A stretch of 62,150 nucleotides of DNA from an uncultured Anaerolineales bacterium (GTDB lineage Bacteria; Planctomycetota; Phycisphaerae; FEN-1346), in contig CAZIJC010000008.1 of assembly GCA_964539385.1 (NCBI GenBank), positions 1 through 62,150 on the forward strand. Reading direction: 5' to 3'. The position numbers were made by a program, and so were the translations under genes. Below, piece after piece: positions 48,169 to 57,091 of the stretch (the stretch's first letter is position 1; each line of letters begins with the position of its first letter). The notes beneath the pieces were generated by a model, which did no database searches, was not told the origin of the DNA, and saw only the letters and a list, made by a program, of their open reading frames with translations.

Positions 48169-48488
48169 GACTGTGCATCCGGCTGGTTGTGCTGACGGCG
48201 TTTCTGGTGGCTCTGGCCATCGGGCTGATCGCGTTGCGGACCGACACGCATCAGGCCGGCAACCGGCTCCACTTGCTGTTTCGCGACAAGCGACGACTGG
48301 AGGGGGACTGCTGCCGGCTTGAAATTGAGATCGCTCGCCTCAAGAGCCAGGAGCGCCTGCACGAGCACGTTGCCGACCTCGAAGACGAGTCAACCGATGG
48401 ACCGAATGACCGCGGCCCCGCCGCGCCGCCCGGAAGCGCCGGCTGGCGCACGCGCCTGACGAACGACAACCTGCCGGGTCCGCCGTAA
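48165..48488 (+). CDS. ftsL: FtsL-like cell division protein
   Basis: N-terminal TM plus leucine heptad coiled coil (LE...RLEIEIARLKSQERL); lies immediately before ftsI. Confidence 0.65.
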   Translation: MRLCIRLVVLTAFLVALAIGLIALRTDTHQAGNRLHLLFRDKRRLEGDCCRLEIEIARLKSQERLHEHVADLEDESTDGPNDRGPAAPPGSAGWRTRLTNDNLPGPP

Positions 48489-48526
48489 CAGCGCACGCCA
48501 ACGCGAAGGAAGGGAAAGACCGCCCT

Positions 48527-50281
48527 GTGACGCCGGAGCCCCGCCAACGCCGCGTTGCCGCCATCTTGACGGTGGGCCTCTCCCTGCTGTTGGCGGCTCT
48601 GGCGGGGTTCCTGGTGTACATCTACGCCGCTTCGTCGGATGCGCTGGCGGCCCGTGCTTCGCGGCAGCAGCATATGCGCATCCCCATGCAGCCGATGCGC
48701 GGCAACGTCGTTGACGCGAAACTTCGCGTGCTGGCAGGCAGCCAGGCGATCCGGAGCGTCTTCGCGGACCCGAAGGTGGTCCAGGACGTGGCGGAGGCGG
48801 CCACCCGCGTCGCGCCGGTTCTCGGCCTCGACCGCGACGAGGTGTACCGAACGCTCGCCGAGGCCTCCGACAAACGGTTCGTGTGGCTGAAGCGGCGAGT
48901 CCCCACCGAAACGGCCGACGCGATCCACCGCCTCAAACTTCGGGGCGTCTCGCTGGCCACCGAAGGGGTGCGGCACTATCCGAACGGATCGCTGGCCGCT
49001 CACCTTCTTGGCTTTGTCGGCGTCGATGAGCAGGGCCTGGAGGGCCTGGAACGCCTTTTCGATGCGCGTCTGCGCGGACGGCCGGGCAAGGCCTGCGTTC
49101 TGGCCGACTGCCGGCGCCGGCCCATCTGGATGGAGCCCGACGACTTCACCCCGGCCCGGGACGGTCAGCACCTGGTTCTGACGATCGACGCCGTGATCCA
49201 GGCCGCCGCCGAACGGGCCATCGCCGAGGCCGTCCGGAAGTATCGCGCCGCCAGCGCCACCGCCATCGTCATGGACCCCACGACGGGTGCGATATGGGCC
49301 ATGGCCAACGTTCCCACATACGATCCCGCTCGCTACGGCGAGTTCTCTGCCGACGCACGGCGGAACCGGGCGGTTACGGACATGTTTCCGCCCGGCTCGA
49401 GCGGCAAGCCGTTCGCCGCGGCGGCGGCGGCCGAGGCCGGCGTCGTCCGCTTCGGCGAGGTCATCTATTGCGAGAACGGCTACTGGCCTGCCGCCAACCT
49501 GCACGACGCCGGACACGCCTACGGCAACCTGACCTTCGAGCAGGGAATCCAGAAGTCGAGCAACATTATGATGGGCAAGATCGGCACGCGACTCGGAAAC
49601 CGGCGACTGCGCGACGCGCTGGTGGCCTTCGGCTTCGGCCGCAAGACCGGCGTCTGGCTCCCCGGCGAGGTGCCGGGGTTGGTTTTTCCGCTGGCCCGAT
49701 GGACGCGGCTCAGCACGACCCGTGTGCCGTTTGGCCAGGAGTACATGGTTACGCCGCTGCAACTGATCACGGCGTTTGCGGCCTTCGCAAACGGGGGACG
49801 GATCATGCGGCCGAAGATACTGCGCGGCGTGCTGGACAACCGCGGACGCGTGGCCGTGGACCTGTCGCAGCCCCAGGTCGTCGGCCGAGCCATGACCGAG
49901 AAGACGGCCCGCGACATGATCGACCGCGCGCTGGTCGGTGTCGTCGAGAGCGGCACCGGGAAACGGTGCAAAATCCCGGGCTACAAGGTGTTTGCCAAAA
50001 CGGGTACCGCACAGAAGATCGACCCGGACACCAAAAGTATCAGCCACACGCTCTACGTGGGGGTGTTTCTGGCGGGGGTTCCTGCCGAGAATCCGCGGAT
50101 GGTGGTGCTCGTGTTGGTGAACGAGCCGGACAAGTCGCTCGGGTATTACGGCGGGACGGTGGCGGCCCCGGCTGCGAAGCAGATCCTCCAGCAGACGCTC
50201 ACCTACCTGGGCATTCCACCGAGCGAGCCGGTGTCCGGGCGCCGGGAGACGTATCTGGCCGGGCAGACCGTGGGGCACTGA
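48527..50281 (+). CDS. ftsI: Class B penicillin-binding protein (FtsI/PBP3-like)
   Basis: RGNVVD, RHYPNG, GLEGLE, LTIDAVIQ, SSGK, SSN, KTGTAQ. Confidence 0.93.
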   Translation: MTPEPRQRRVAAILTVGLSLLLAALAGFLVYIYAASSDALAARASRQQHMRIPMQPMRGNVVDAKLRVLAGSQAIRSVFADPKVVQDVAEAATRVAPVLGLDRDEVYRTLAEASDKRFVWLKRRVPTETADAIHRLKLRGVSLATEGVRHYPNGSLAAHLLGFVGVDEQGLEGLERLFDARLRGRPGKACVLADCRRRPIWMEPDDFTPARDGQHLVLTIDAVIQAAAERAIAEAVRKYRAASATAIVMDPTTGAIWAMANVPTYDPARYGEFSADARRNRAVTDMFPPGSSGKPFAAAAAAEAGVVRFGEVIYCENGYWPAANLHDAGHAYGNLTFEQGIQKSSNIMMGKIGTRLGNRRLRDALVAFGFGRKTGVWLPGEVPGLVFPLARWTRLSTTRVPFGQEYMVTPLQLITAFAAFANGGRIMRPKILRGVLDNRGRVAVDLSQPQVVGRAMTEKTARDMIDRALVGVVESGTGKRCKIPGYKVFAKTGTAQKIDPDTKSISHTLYVGVFLAGVPAENPRMVVLVLVNEPDKSLGYYGGTVAAPAAKQILQQTLTYLGIPPSEPVSGRRETYLAGQTVGH

Positions 50282-50320
50282 CCGGCGCTTCGGCCGTTGT
50301 GCCTTGTCAGGGGATGAGTC

Positions 50321-51793
50321 ATGAGGCTCAGCGAGTTAGCGGACCGCATTCCCGGCTCGCGTTTGATCGGGCCGGCCGACGTGGACGTGGTGCGTGCGGT
50401 TCATGATTCGCGCCGGGTCCGGGCCGGCGACCTGTTCGTGGCGCTCAGCGGCACGAAGGTTGACGGTCACCGGTTCGTCCAGGCGGCGCTGGAGGCCGGC
50501 GCCCGGGCGGCGGTGGTGGAGCGGCCGGTGGACCTTCCCGGCAGCCCGCCGCTGCTTCTCGTCAGCGACGCCCGCGAGGCCCTTGCCTTCGGTGCGCACG
50601 CCCTGGCCGGCGACCCGACGCGGCGACTCATCGTTTGCGGCGTAACCGGCACGAACGGGAAAACGACGACTACATATCTGGTCCGCAGCATCTTCGAGTG
50701 CGCGGGCTGGCCGACGGGCGTCCTCGGCACCATCGGCTACGTCATGGGTCGGCGCGAGATTCCCAGCCGCTTGACGACGCCCGACGCCGACGACCTGGCC
50801 GATTACTTCTCCGAGATGGTCGAGGCCGGGCTGAAGGCGGCCGTCATGGAGGTTTCGAGCCACGCCCTGCACCAGCGCCGCACGGCCGGCATCGCGTTCG
50901 ACGTGGGCGCCTTTACAAATCTCTATCCCGAACATCTAGATTATCATCCCGATATGTACTCCTACCGAGAGGCAAAGGGCATGCTCTTCGCCGGATTGGC
51001 GCCGGGCTCGCGGGCGGTCCTCAACGCCGACGAGGACGCAAGCGCCTCGTTCGCGGAAGCGACCGAGGCCGAGGTGCTCTGGTACGGCATCGAGGAGGCC
51101 GCCGACGTTCGGGCCGCGGACATCCGGAGCGACGTCGACGGCAGCCGGTTCGCACTGGTGACGGCGCGCGGACGGGCCGAGATACGCACGGCGTTGCTCG
51201 GCCGCCACAACGTGTACAACTGTCTGACCGCCGCGGCGATTGCCGAGGCCCTTGACGTGCCGCAGGAAGCGATCTCGGAAGGGATCAGGGCGGTCGAGGT
51301 CGTCCCCGGCCGCCTCGAACCGGTCCCGACGCGGCTGCCGGTCAACGTCCTTGTGGATTATGCACATACGACAGATGCGCTCAAACATGCCCTTTCGACG
51401 GTGCGGCGGCTGGTCGCGGGGCAGGGACGGCTGGCCGTGGTGTTCGGGTGCGGCGGGGACCGTGACAGGGGGAAGCGGCCGGCGATGGCCGCCGTTGCCC
51501 AGCAACTTGCCGACCGCGTGTTCGTCACCAGCGACAATCCCCGCACCGAACAGCCCGAGGCGATTGCCGATGAGATTCTGGCCGGCTTCTCCTCGATGAA
51601 GACCGTTAACGTGGAACTGGACCGGCGTGCGGCCATCGGACTGGCGCTCGGCGAGGCGGAGCCGGGCGACGTTGTCATCATCGCCGGCAAGGGGCATGAG
51701 ACCTATCAGATCATCGGCGACGTGACACGGCCGTTCGACGACCGCGAAGTCGCCGCCGAGATCCTGCGAACGTTGGAGGCCGACCGGCACTGA
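50321..51793 (+). CDS. murE: UDP-MurNAc-dipeptide:meso-DAP ligase
   Basis: GVTGTNGKTTT, MEVSSH, VDYAHT, FGCGGDRD..KR, SDNPR (mDAP-type), AGKGHE. Confidence 0.96.
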   Translation: MRLSELADRIPGSRLIGPADVDVVRAVHDSRRVRAGDLFVALSGTKVDGHRFVQAALEAGARAAVVERPVDLPGSPPLLLVSDAREALAFGAHALAGDPTRRLIVCGVTGTNGKTTTTYLVRSIFECAGWPTGVLGTIGYVMGRREIPSRLTTPDADDLADYFSEMVEAGLKAAVMEVSSHALHQRRTAGIAFDVGAFTNLYPEHLDYHPDMYSYREAKGMLFAGLAPGSRAVLNADEDASASFAEATEAEVLWYGIEEAADVRAADIRSDVDGSRFALVTARGRAEIRTALLGRHNVYNCLTAAAIAEALDVPQEAISEGIRAVEVVPGRLEPVPTRLPVNVLVDYAHTTDALKHALSTVRRLVAGQGRLAVVFGCGGDRDRGKRPAMAAVAQQLADRVFVTSDNPRTEQPEAIADEILAGFSSMKTVNVELDRRAAIGLALGEAEPGDVVIIAGKGHETYQIIGDVTRPFDDREVAAEILRTLEADRH

Positions 51794-51852
51794 CCGCCGG
51801 CTTGGTCCGAGCGCCGGCGCGTATGGGCCCGGCGTGTCACAGACGGGGCGAG

Positions 51853-53292
51853 ATGAAGTTTCGAGTTGACGAAATCGTGGACGCGACCGGCGGCCGCCTG
51901 GTTGCGGGGCCACCGGAGGCGGACGCGGGAACCGTCTGCACGGACACGCGCTTGCTCGCCCGGGCCCAGACGTTCCTGGCCCTGCGCGGTGAGCGTTTCG
52001 ACGGGCACGATTTTCTCGCGGATGCCGTCGGCCGAGGGGCGGCGTGCCTGGTTGTGGACCGCCGGAACCGTCTGCCGGAGTCTGCCCTGTCGCCGACGGT
52101 GGCGATGGTGGTTGTCGGCAGCACGCTCGATGCCTTGGCCGCACTCGGCCGCGCGGCCCGGGCGCGCCTCGCTTGCCCGGTCGTTGCCGTGACCGGGTCT
52201 TGCGGAAAGACGACCGTCAAGGACATGCTGGGTCAGATCCTGATCCGTCACCTGCGCGGGCGCACGCCCCGCGCCAGTTTCAACAACCGGATCGGCGTGC
52301 CGCTGACGCTGCTTGACGCCGAGCCCGAGGACGAGTTTGTCCTGTGCGAGATCGGCACGAACGCCCCGGGCGAGGTCGCGCACCTGGCACAGATCGCCCG
52401 GCCGACCATTGGGATTGTGACGCTCGTCGCGCCGGTCCATCTTGAAGGGCTCGGTACGCTCGACGACGTTGCCGAAGAGAAGGCGGCGCTGGTCGAGGCC
52501 ATCCCGCCGGACGGCGCCGCTATCCTGAACGCCGACGACCCGCGTGTGGCGGCTATGGCCGAGCGGTGCCGCGGCCGCATCGTGACCGTCGGCCTGACGT
52601 GGGAGGCCGACTTTCAGGCGGGTCACGTGATCCAGACGGACCACGGCCTGTACTTTACGACGACCGGCTCGGCGGGCTTTGAGATTCCCGTGTTGGGGGA
52701 GCACCAGGCGGTGTTGGCGCTGGCGGCGGCCGCCGCGGCGCGCGAGTTGGGCGTGTCGCTCGAGGAGTCGGCTGCGGCGCTCCGCGTTTTCAAGCCGCCG
52801 CCGATGCGGCTGGTCGCCGAGGAGGCCGGCGACGTGGTCGTTGTGAACGACGCGTACAACGCCAACCCGAGCAGCACGGCGGTGGCGCTGGGGCTGCTGG
52901 CTCTCTGGCCCGAGCGGCGGAAGGTGTTCTTCTGCGGCGACATGCTCGAACTGGGCGCCGAGAGCCGCACCCATCACGAGCAACTCGGACGGGCGATCGC
53001 CGAATCCGGCGTGGTACGGCTCGTTTGCGTCGGCGCCGAATCGAAGGCGACCGCCGCGACGGCCGTCGCGGCCGGTCTGGCGGCCGAGAACGTGACGAGC
53101 GTGCCGGACGCCGACGCCGCAGCCGCAATGGCTTCAGACGTGGTTGCCGACGGCGATGTTGTTCTCGTCAAAGGGTCGCGTGCCGTGCGAATGGAGACCG
53201 TGGCGGAAGTGATTCTCGCCGGGCGGCGGGTACTGGGCGACAGGCCGCAGGGCACTCGCCCCGGCGAGTGGCATCCCGCAAATGAGCAGTGA
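51853..53292 (+). CDS. murF: UDP-MurNAc-tripeptide:D-Ala-D-Ala ligase
   Basis: ALRGERFDGH, VTGSCGKTTVK, FNNRIGVPLTL, NDAYNANP, GDMLELG, LVKGSR. Confidence 0.96.
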   Translation: MKFRVDEIVDATGGRLVAGPPEADAGTVCTDTRLLARAQTFLALRGERFDGHDFLADAVGRGAACLVVDRRNRLPESALSPTVAMVVVGSTLDALAALGRAARARLACPVVAVTGSCGKTTVKDMLGQILIRHLRGRTPRASFNNRIGVPLTLLDAEPEDEFVLCEIGTNAPGEVAHLAQIARPTIGIVTLVAPVHLEGLGTLDDVAEEKAALVEAIPPDGAAILNADDPRVAAMAERCRGRIVTVGLTWEADFQAGHVIQTDHGLYFTTTGSAGFEIPVLGEHQAVLALAAAAAARELGVSLEESAAALRVFKPPPMRLVAEEAGDVVVVNDAYNANPSSTAVALGLLALWPERRKVFFCGDMLELGAESRTHHEQLGRAIAESGVVRLVCVGAESKATAATAVAAGLAAENVTSVPDADAAAAMASDVVADGDVVLVKGSRAVRMETVAEVILAGRRVLGDRPQGTRPGEWHPANEQ

Positions 53293-53311
53293 CAGGGCAC
53301 GAACCATAACG

Positions 53312-53441
53312 GATATCCCACACCCGGAGGGTGGTCCTCCGGTCCCGCGACAGGCGCGAGCGGGATGAGTCGGGCCCTCGGGTCGGGCGCCGGAAACCTG
53401 GGTCACGGGCGCACCCGAACTCGAGGGCCCCGTGGGATATC
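53312..53441 (+). ncRNA. Candidate multi-stem structured RNA element between murF and mraY
   Basis: Closing stem GATATCCCAC/GTGGGATATC encloses three hairpins. Confidence 0.45.
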
Positions 53442-53455
53442 ATGGAGTCAGATAG

Positions 53456-54586
53456 ATGCTTTACCAGTTGTTATTCTGCTTCCAGGAACTCCTCCGGGAG
53501 GCCGGCCTCTGGCGGTACGCCAACGTGTTCCGCTACCAGACGTTCCGCATGATGTTCGCCATCGTGACGAGTTTCTTCCTCCTGATGGCGCTGGCGCCGG
53601 CGGTCATACGCATCCTGAAGTACCTGAAGGTGCGGGGAGGGACGGACTTCGGCAACAAGACGATCGACCAGATTTACGCCTCGCGCGCCTCGACGCCGAC
53701 GATGGGCGGCGTCCTGATCCTGCCGGCGGTGCTGGTCTCGACGATCCTGTGGGCCGACATCCTCAACTTTCACGTCTTCCTGGGGCTTCTGACCGTCGTC
53801 TGGCTCGGTCTGCTCGGCGGCGTGGACGATTTTCTGAAACTCGTCAAGAAGAGCCGGTCGGGCCTCCGGGTGTGGGAGAAACTGCTCTTCCAGATCGGCC
53901 TGGCATTTCTGCTGGCGTTCTTCCTTTACCAGATGCGCGACGCGATCCGTCTGCCGGAGAACGGCACGGGCATCGCCCTGAACCTGCCCTTCTACAAGTT
54001 CCCGATACCCCTGCCGCTCTGGATCTTTGCGGTGGTATGCGTTCTGGTGGTGGCGGGGACCAGCAACGCGGTCAACCTGACCGACGGCATGGACGGGTTG
54101 GCCGTCGGCAGCATGGTGCCGCCGACCGTCGTGTTTCTGATCATCAGTTACATCGCCGGTCGGGTCGATTATTCGGCGTATCTGTATGTGCCGTATGTGC
54201 CGGGCGTCGGCGAACTGTCGGTCTTCTGCGGGGCGGTGCTGGGCGCGTGCCTGGGGTTCCTCTGGTACAACTGTTCGCCGGCCCAGGTGTTCATGGGCGA
54301 CACGGGCAGTCTCGCCCTCGGCGGAGCCATCGGATACGTCGCGATGGCGACGCGGCAGGAGGTGATGCTGCTGGTGGCGGGGGGGCTGTTCGTCATGGAG
54401 GCGATGAGCGTCATCCTCCAGGTCGGCTGGTTCAAGATGACGGGCGGGCGGCGGATCTTTCGGATGTCGCCCATCCACCACCATTTCCAGTTGGGAGGAT
54501 GGACCGAAACGCAGACCGTCGTCCGGTTCTGGCTTCTCGGCGCCATGTTTGCAGCGCTCGCCCTGGCGACGCTGAAACTGAGATGA
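53456..54586 (+). CDS. mraY: Phospho-N-acetylmuramoyl-pentapeptide transferase
   Basis: TPTMGG, GGVDDFLK, SNAVNLTDGMDGL, VFMGDTGSLALG, MSPIHHHF. Confidence 0.97.
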   Translation: MLYQLLFCFQELLREAGLWRYANVFRYQTFRMMFAIVTSFFLLMALAPAVIRILKYLKVRGGTDFGNKTIDQIYASRASTPTMGGVLILPAVLVSTILWADILNFHVFLGLLTVVWLGLLGGVDDFLKLVKKSRSGLRVWEKLLFQIGLAFLLAFFLYQMRDAIRLPENGTGIALNLPFYKFPIPLPLWIFAVVCVLVVAGTSNAVNLTDGMDGLAVGSMVPPTVVFLIISYIAGRVDYSAYLYVPYVPGVGELSVFCGAVLGACLGFLWYNCSPAQVFMGDTGSLALGGAIGYVAMATRQEVMLLVAGGLFVMEAMSVILQVGWFKMTGGRRIFRMSPIHHHFQLGGWTETQTVVRFWLLGAMFAALALATLKLR

Positions 54587-54665
54587 CAGGAGCCGGCCGC
54601 CGCCATCGCCGGACGGGCCATCGGTTGGGGCCGGCGCGGTTCGTGCCAGGCACGGGAGGCATGAC

Positions 54666-55859
54666 ATGACCACAGCGGCACAGCCGGTGGCACGCAGCGG
54701 GGCCCGTAACGTGCCGACCGACGCGATGGGCCGCCCGCTGACCGAGCCGTGCATCCTGTTCCTGATCGTGTTGGCGCTCGTGACGCTCGGCGTGCTGCTC
54801 GTTTACAGCGCCAGCCGGACGGCCGACGCCGCCGACACGACCCGCTATTTTCCGAAGCAGGCGTACTTTGCCCTGGCGGGGCTGGGGGTGTTTATCCTCG
54901 GCGCGATCGTTCCCTACCATCGGCTCAACCGTTGGTGGGTGGCCATCGGGGTGTTGGGCCTGGCGGTCGGACTTCTGGTGCTGGTTCTGTTTATCGGAAG
55001 CGGGCGCGGCGGCGCGAGGCGGTTTCTGAAACTGCCGCTCGGGCTGCACTTCCAGCCGTCGGAACTGGCGAAGTTTGCCGTCGTGATCTTCCTGGCCTGG
55101 TTTTACGGCCGGTCGAAGGCGCGGGCGCGCAACTTCGTCAGGAGTTTTCTGCCCGCCATCGCCGTCATCGCCGTGGTCTGCGGACTAATCGTCAAGGAAG
55201 ACTTCGGCACGGCCGCGCTGGTGGGCGCGGTGGCGGTGATCCTGTGCCTCATCGCCGGGTGGCGGTGGTGGTTCCCGACGCTGATCCTGGCGCCGGCCGC
55301 CGTCGGCGCCTACGTCACCGTCTGGCTGGTTCCCTACCGCCTGGACCGGCTGAGGGTATGGCTCGACCCGTGGGAGTACTTCACCGGCGCCGGGTGGCAC
55401 GTGTGCCAGAGCCTCATGGCCCTCGGCAGCGGCGGCCTGACCGGCGTGGGCCTGGGCTCCGGCATCCAGAAACTGTACGTCCCGGACAACGCGACCGATT
55501 TCATCTTCGCGGTCCTGTGTGAGGAGATGGGCATTCTGGGCGGCATCATGGTCATCGGCCTGTTCGGCGTGTTCGTGTGGCGTGCGGGGAAGATCATCCG
55601 GTCGGCGCCGGACCGGTTCGCGTTCCTGCTGGCATCGGGCATTCTGCTCGTGATCGGCCTTCAGGCGATCATGAACATCGGCGTCGTGACGAGCGCCCTG
55701 CCGGCAAAGGGCATCGGCCTGCCGCTGGTCAGTTACGGCGGGTCGAGCCTGCTGATGATGTGCTTCGCGGCGGGGCTGCTGGCCTCCATCGCAAGGCGGC
55801 GCGATGCGCAGGCGGCCGGCACCAGGCCGCTGGTCCACGTGCCGGCCAGACGAGGCTGA
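54666..55859 (+). CDS. ftsW: SEDS peptidoglycan polymerase FtsW
   Basis: VYSAS, GARRFL, FQPSELAK, EDFGTA, TDFIFAVLCEEMG, KGIGLPLVSYGGSS. Confidence 0.93.
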   Translation: MTTAAQPVARSGARNVPTDAMGRPLTEPCILFLIVLALVTLGVLLVYSASRTADAADTTRYFPKQAYFALAGLGVFILGAIVPYHRLNRWWVAIGVLGLAVGLLVLVLFIGSGRGGARRFLKLPLGLHFQPSELAKFAVVIFLAWFYGRSKARARNFVRSFLPAIAVIAVVCGLIVKEDFGTAALVGAVAVILCLIAGWRWWFPTLILAPAAVGAYVTVWLVPYRLDRLRVWLDPWEYFTGAGWHVCQSLMALGSGGLTGVGLGSGIQKLYVPDNATDFIFAVLCEEMGILGGIMVIGLFGVFVWRAGKIIRSAPDRFAFLLASGILLVIGLQAIMNIGVVTSALPAKGIGLPLVSYGGSSLLMMCFAAGLLASIARRRDAQAAGTRPLVHVPARRG

Positions 55860-55873
55860 GGACACCCATCGCC

Positions 55874-57091
55874 ATGCGCGAAACGGGGCGGCGAATCTTC
55901 ATGGCAGGCGGCGGCACGGGGGGACATCTGTATCCCGGCCTGGCCGTGGCCGAGGCGATTCGCAGGCTCCAGCCCGAAGCGGCCATCGCCTTCTCCTGCA
56001 CGCGCCGGCCCATCGACCGGAAGGTCCTGGCCGACTGTGGCTTCCCCGTGACGCCGATCGACGCCCGGCCGTTCCGGAGGGCCCCATGGACGTGGCCGGC
56101 TTTCGTGGTCAGCCTCGTGCGGAGCGGCAACCAGGCCCGCCGCCGGCTTCGTGAGTTCTGTCCCGACGTGGTCCTCGGCCTCGGCGGATTCGGCAGTTAC
56201 GCCCCCGTGCGGGTCGGCCAAAAATACGGTGCCGCCACCGCCGTTCTCAACCCGGACATCGTGCCGGGCAGGGCGAACCGGCGCCTGGCGAGACGGTCCG
56301 ACCGCATCTTCTGCCAGTTCAAGCAGACCGTCGACTTGCTCGGCGACCGGGCCCGGCTGACCGGGTGCCCGGTCCGGCCGAGCCTCCTCGCCTGCACCCG
56401 CGAAGAGGGGCGCCGGGCGTTCGGACTGGACGCCGAGCGGCAAACGCTCCTCGTCACGGGCGCGAGCCTCGGCGCCCGAACCGTCAACCGTGCGGCTGTT
56501 GCGATGCTCCGCGGGCGCGGCCTGCCGGACGGCTGGCAGGTGCTTCATCTGACCGGTCACGCCGAGTACGAGGACGTGTCGGCAAGTTACGAGGGGCTCG
56601 CGGTTCCTGCCGCCGTCCGGCCGTATGCCGAGAAGATGGGCCTCGCCTGCGCCGCCGCCGACCTGGCCGTGGCCAGGGCCGGGGCGTCCACCATCGCCGA
56701 ACTGCTGGCGGCCGCCGTCCCGGCCGTCTTCATGCCGTACCCGTTCCATCGCGACCAGCATCAGATGCGGCAGGCACGGGCCGTCGAGGCGACCGGCGCG
56801 GCGGTCGTCGTCCAAGACCGTCCGGAGGATCCCGGCACGTGGCAGCGCCTGGCGGAAACGGTCACGGCGCTCATGACGGATTCCGGCCGTCTGGATGGGA
56901 TGCGTGAGTGTGCCCGCGCGGCCGGCCGCCCCGATGCGGCCGAGGACGTCGCACGCCGGGTCGTGGAACTCGCCGACGGCGTCACACGGCGCCGCCACGC
57001 GCGGATTGAATCCGAGACGGCCCCCGCCGGGCGAGACGTTGACACCGCCGCCCACGCATCTTACACTCGGACCGGAGACGGAAACGGATGA
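55874..57091 (+). CDS. murG: Undecaprenyl-PP-MurNAc-pentapeptide GlcNAc transferase
   Basis: AGGGTGGHLYPG, GLGGFGS, TGCPVR, GASLGA, ARAGASTIAEL. Confidence 0.95.
   Translation: MRETGRRIFMAGGGTGGHLYPGLAVAEAIRRLQPEAAIAFSCTRRPIDRKVLADCGFPVTPIDARPFRRAPWTWPAFVVSLVRSGNQARRRLREFCPDVVLGLGGFGSYAPVRVGQKYGAATAVLNPDIVPGRANRRLARRSDRIFCQFKQTVDLLGDRARLTGCPVRPSLLACTREEGRRAFGLDAERQTLLVTGASLGARTVNRAAVAMLRGRGLPDGWQVLHLTGHAEYEDVSASYEGLAVPAAVRPYAEKMGLACAAADLAVARAGASTIAELLAAAVPAVFMPYPFHRDQHQMRQARAVEATGAAVVVQDRPEDPGTWQRLAETVTALMTDSGRLDGMRECARAAGRPDAAEDVARRVVELADGVTRRRHARIESETAPAGRDVDTAAHASYTRTGDGNG

Noticed and set aside
53360-53400. Hammerhead ribozyme (GATGAG...GAAAC)
   Set aside because: The CUGANGA core is absent (GGGAUGA) and the stems do not fit the hammerhead topology
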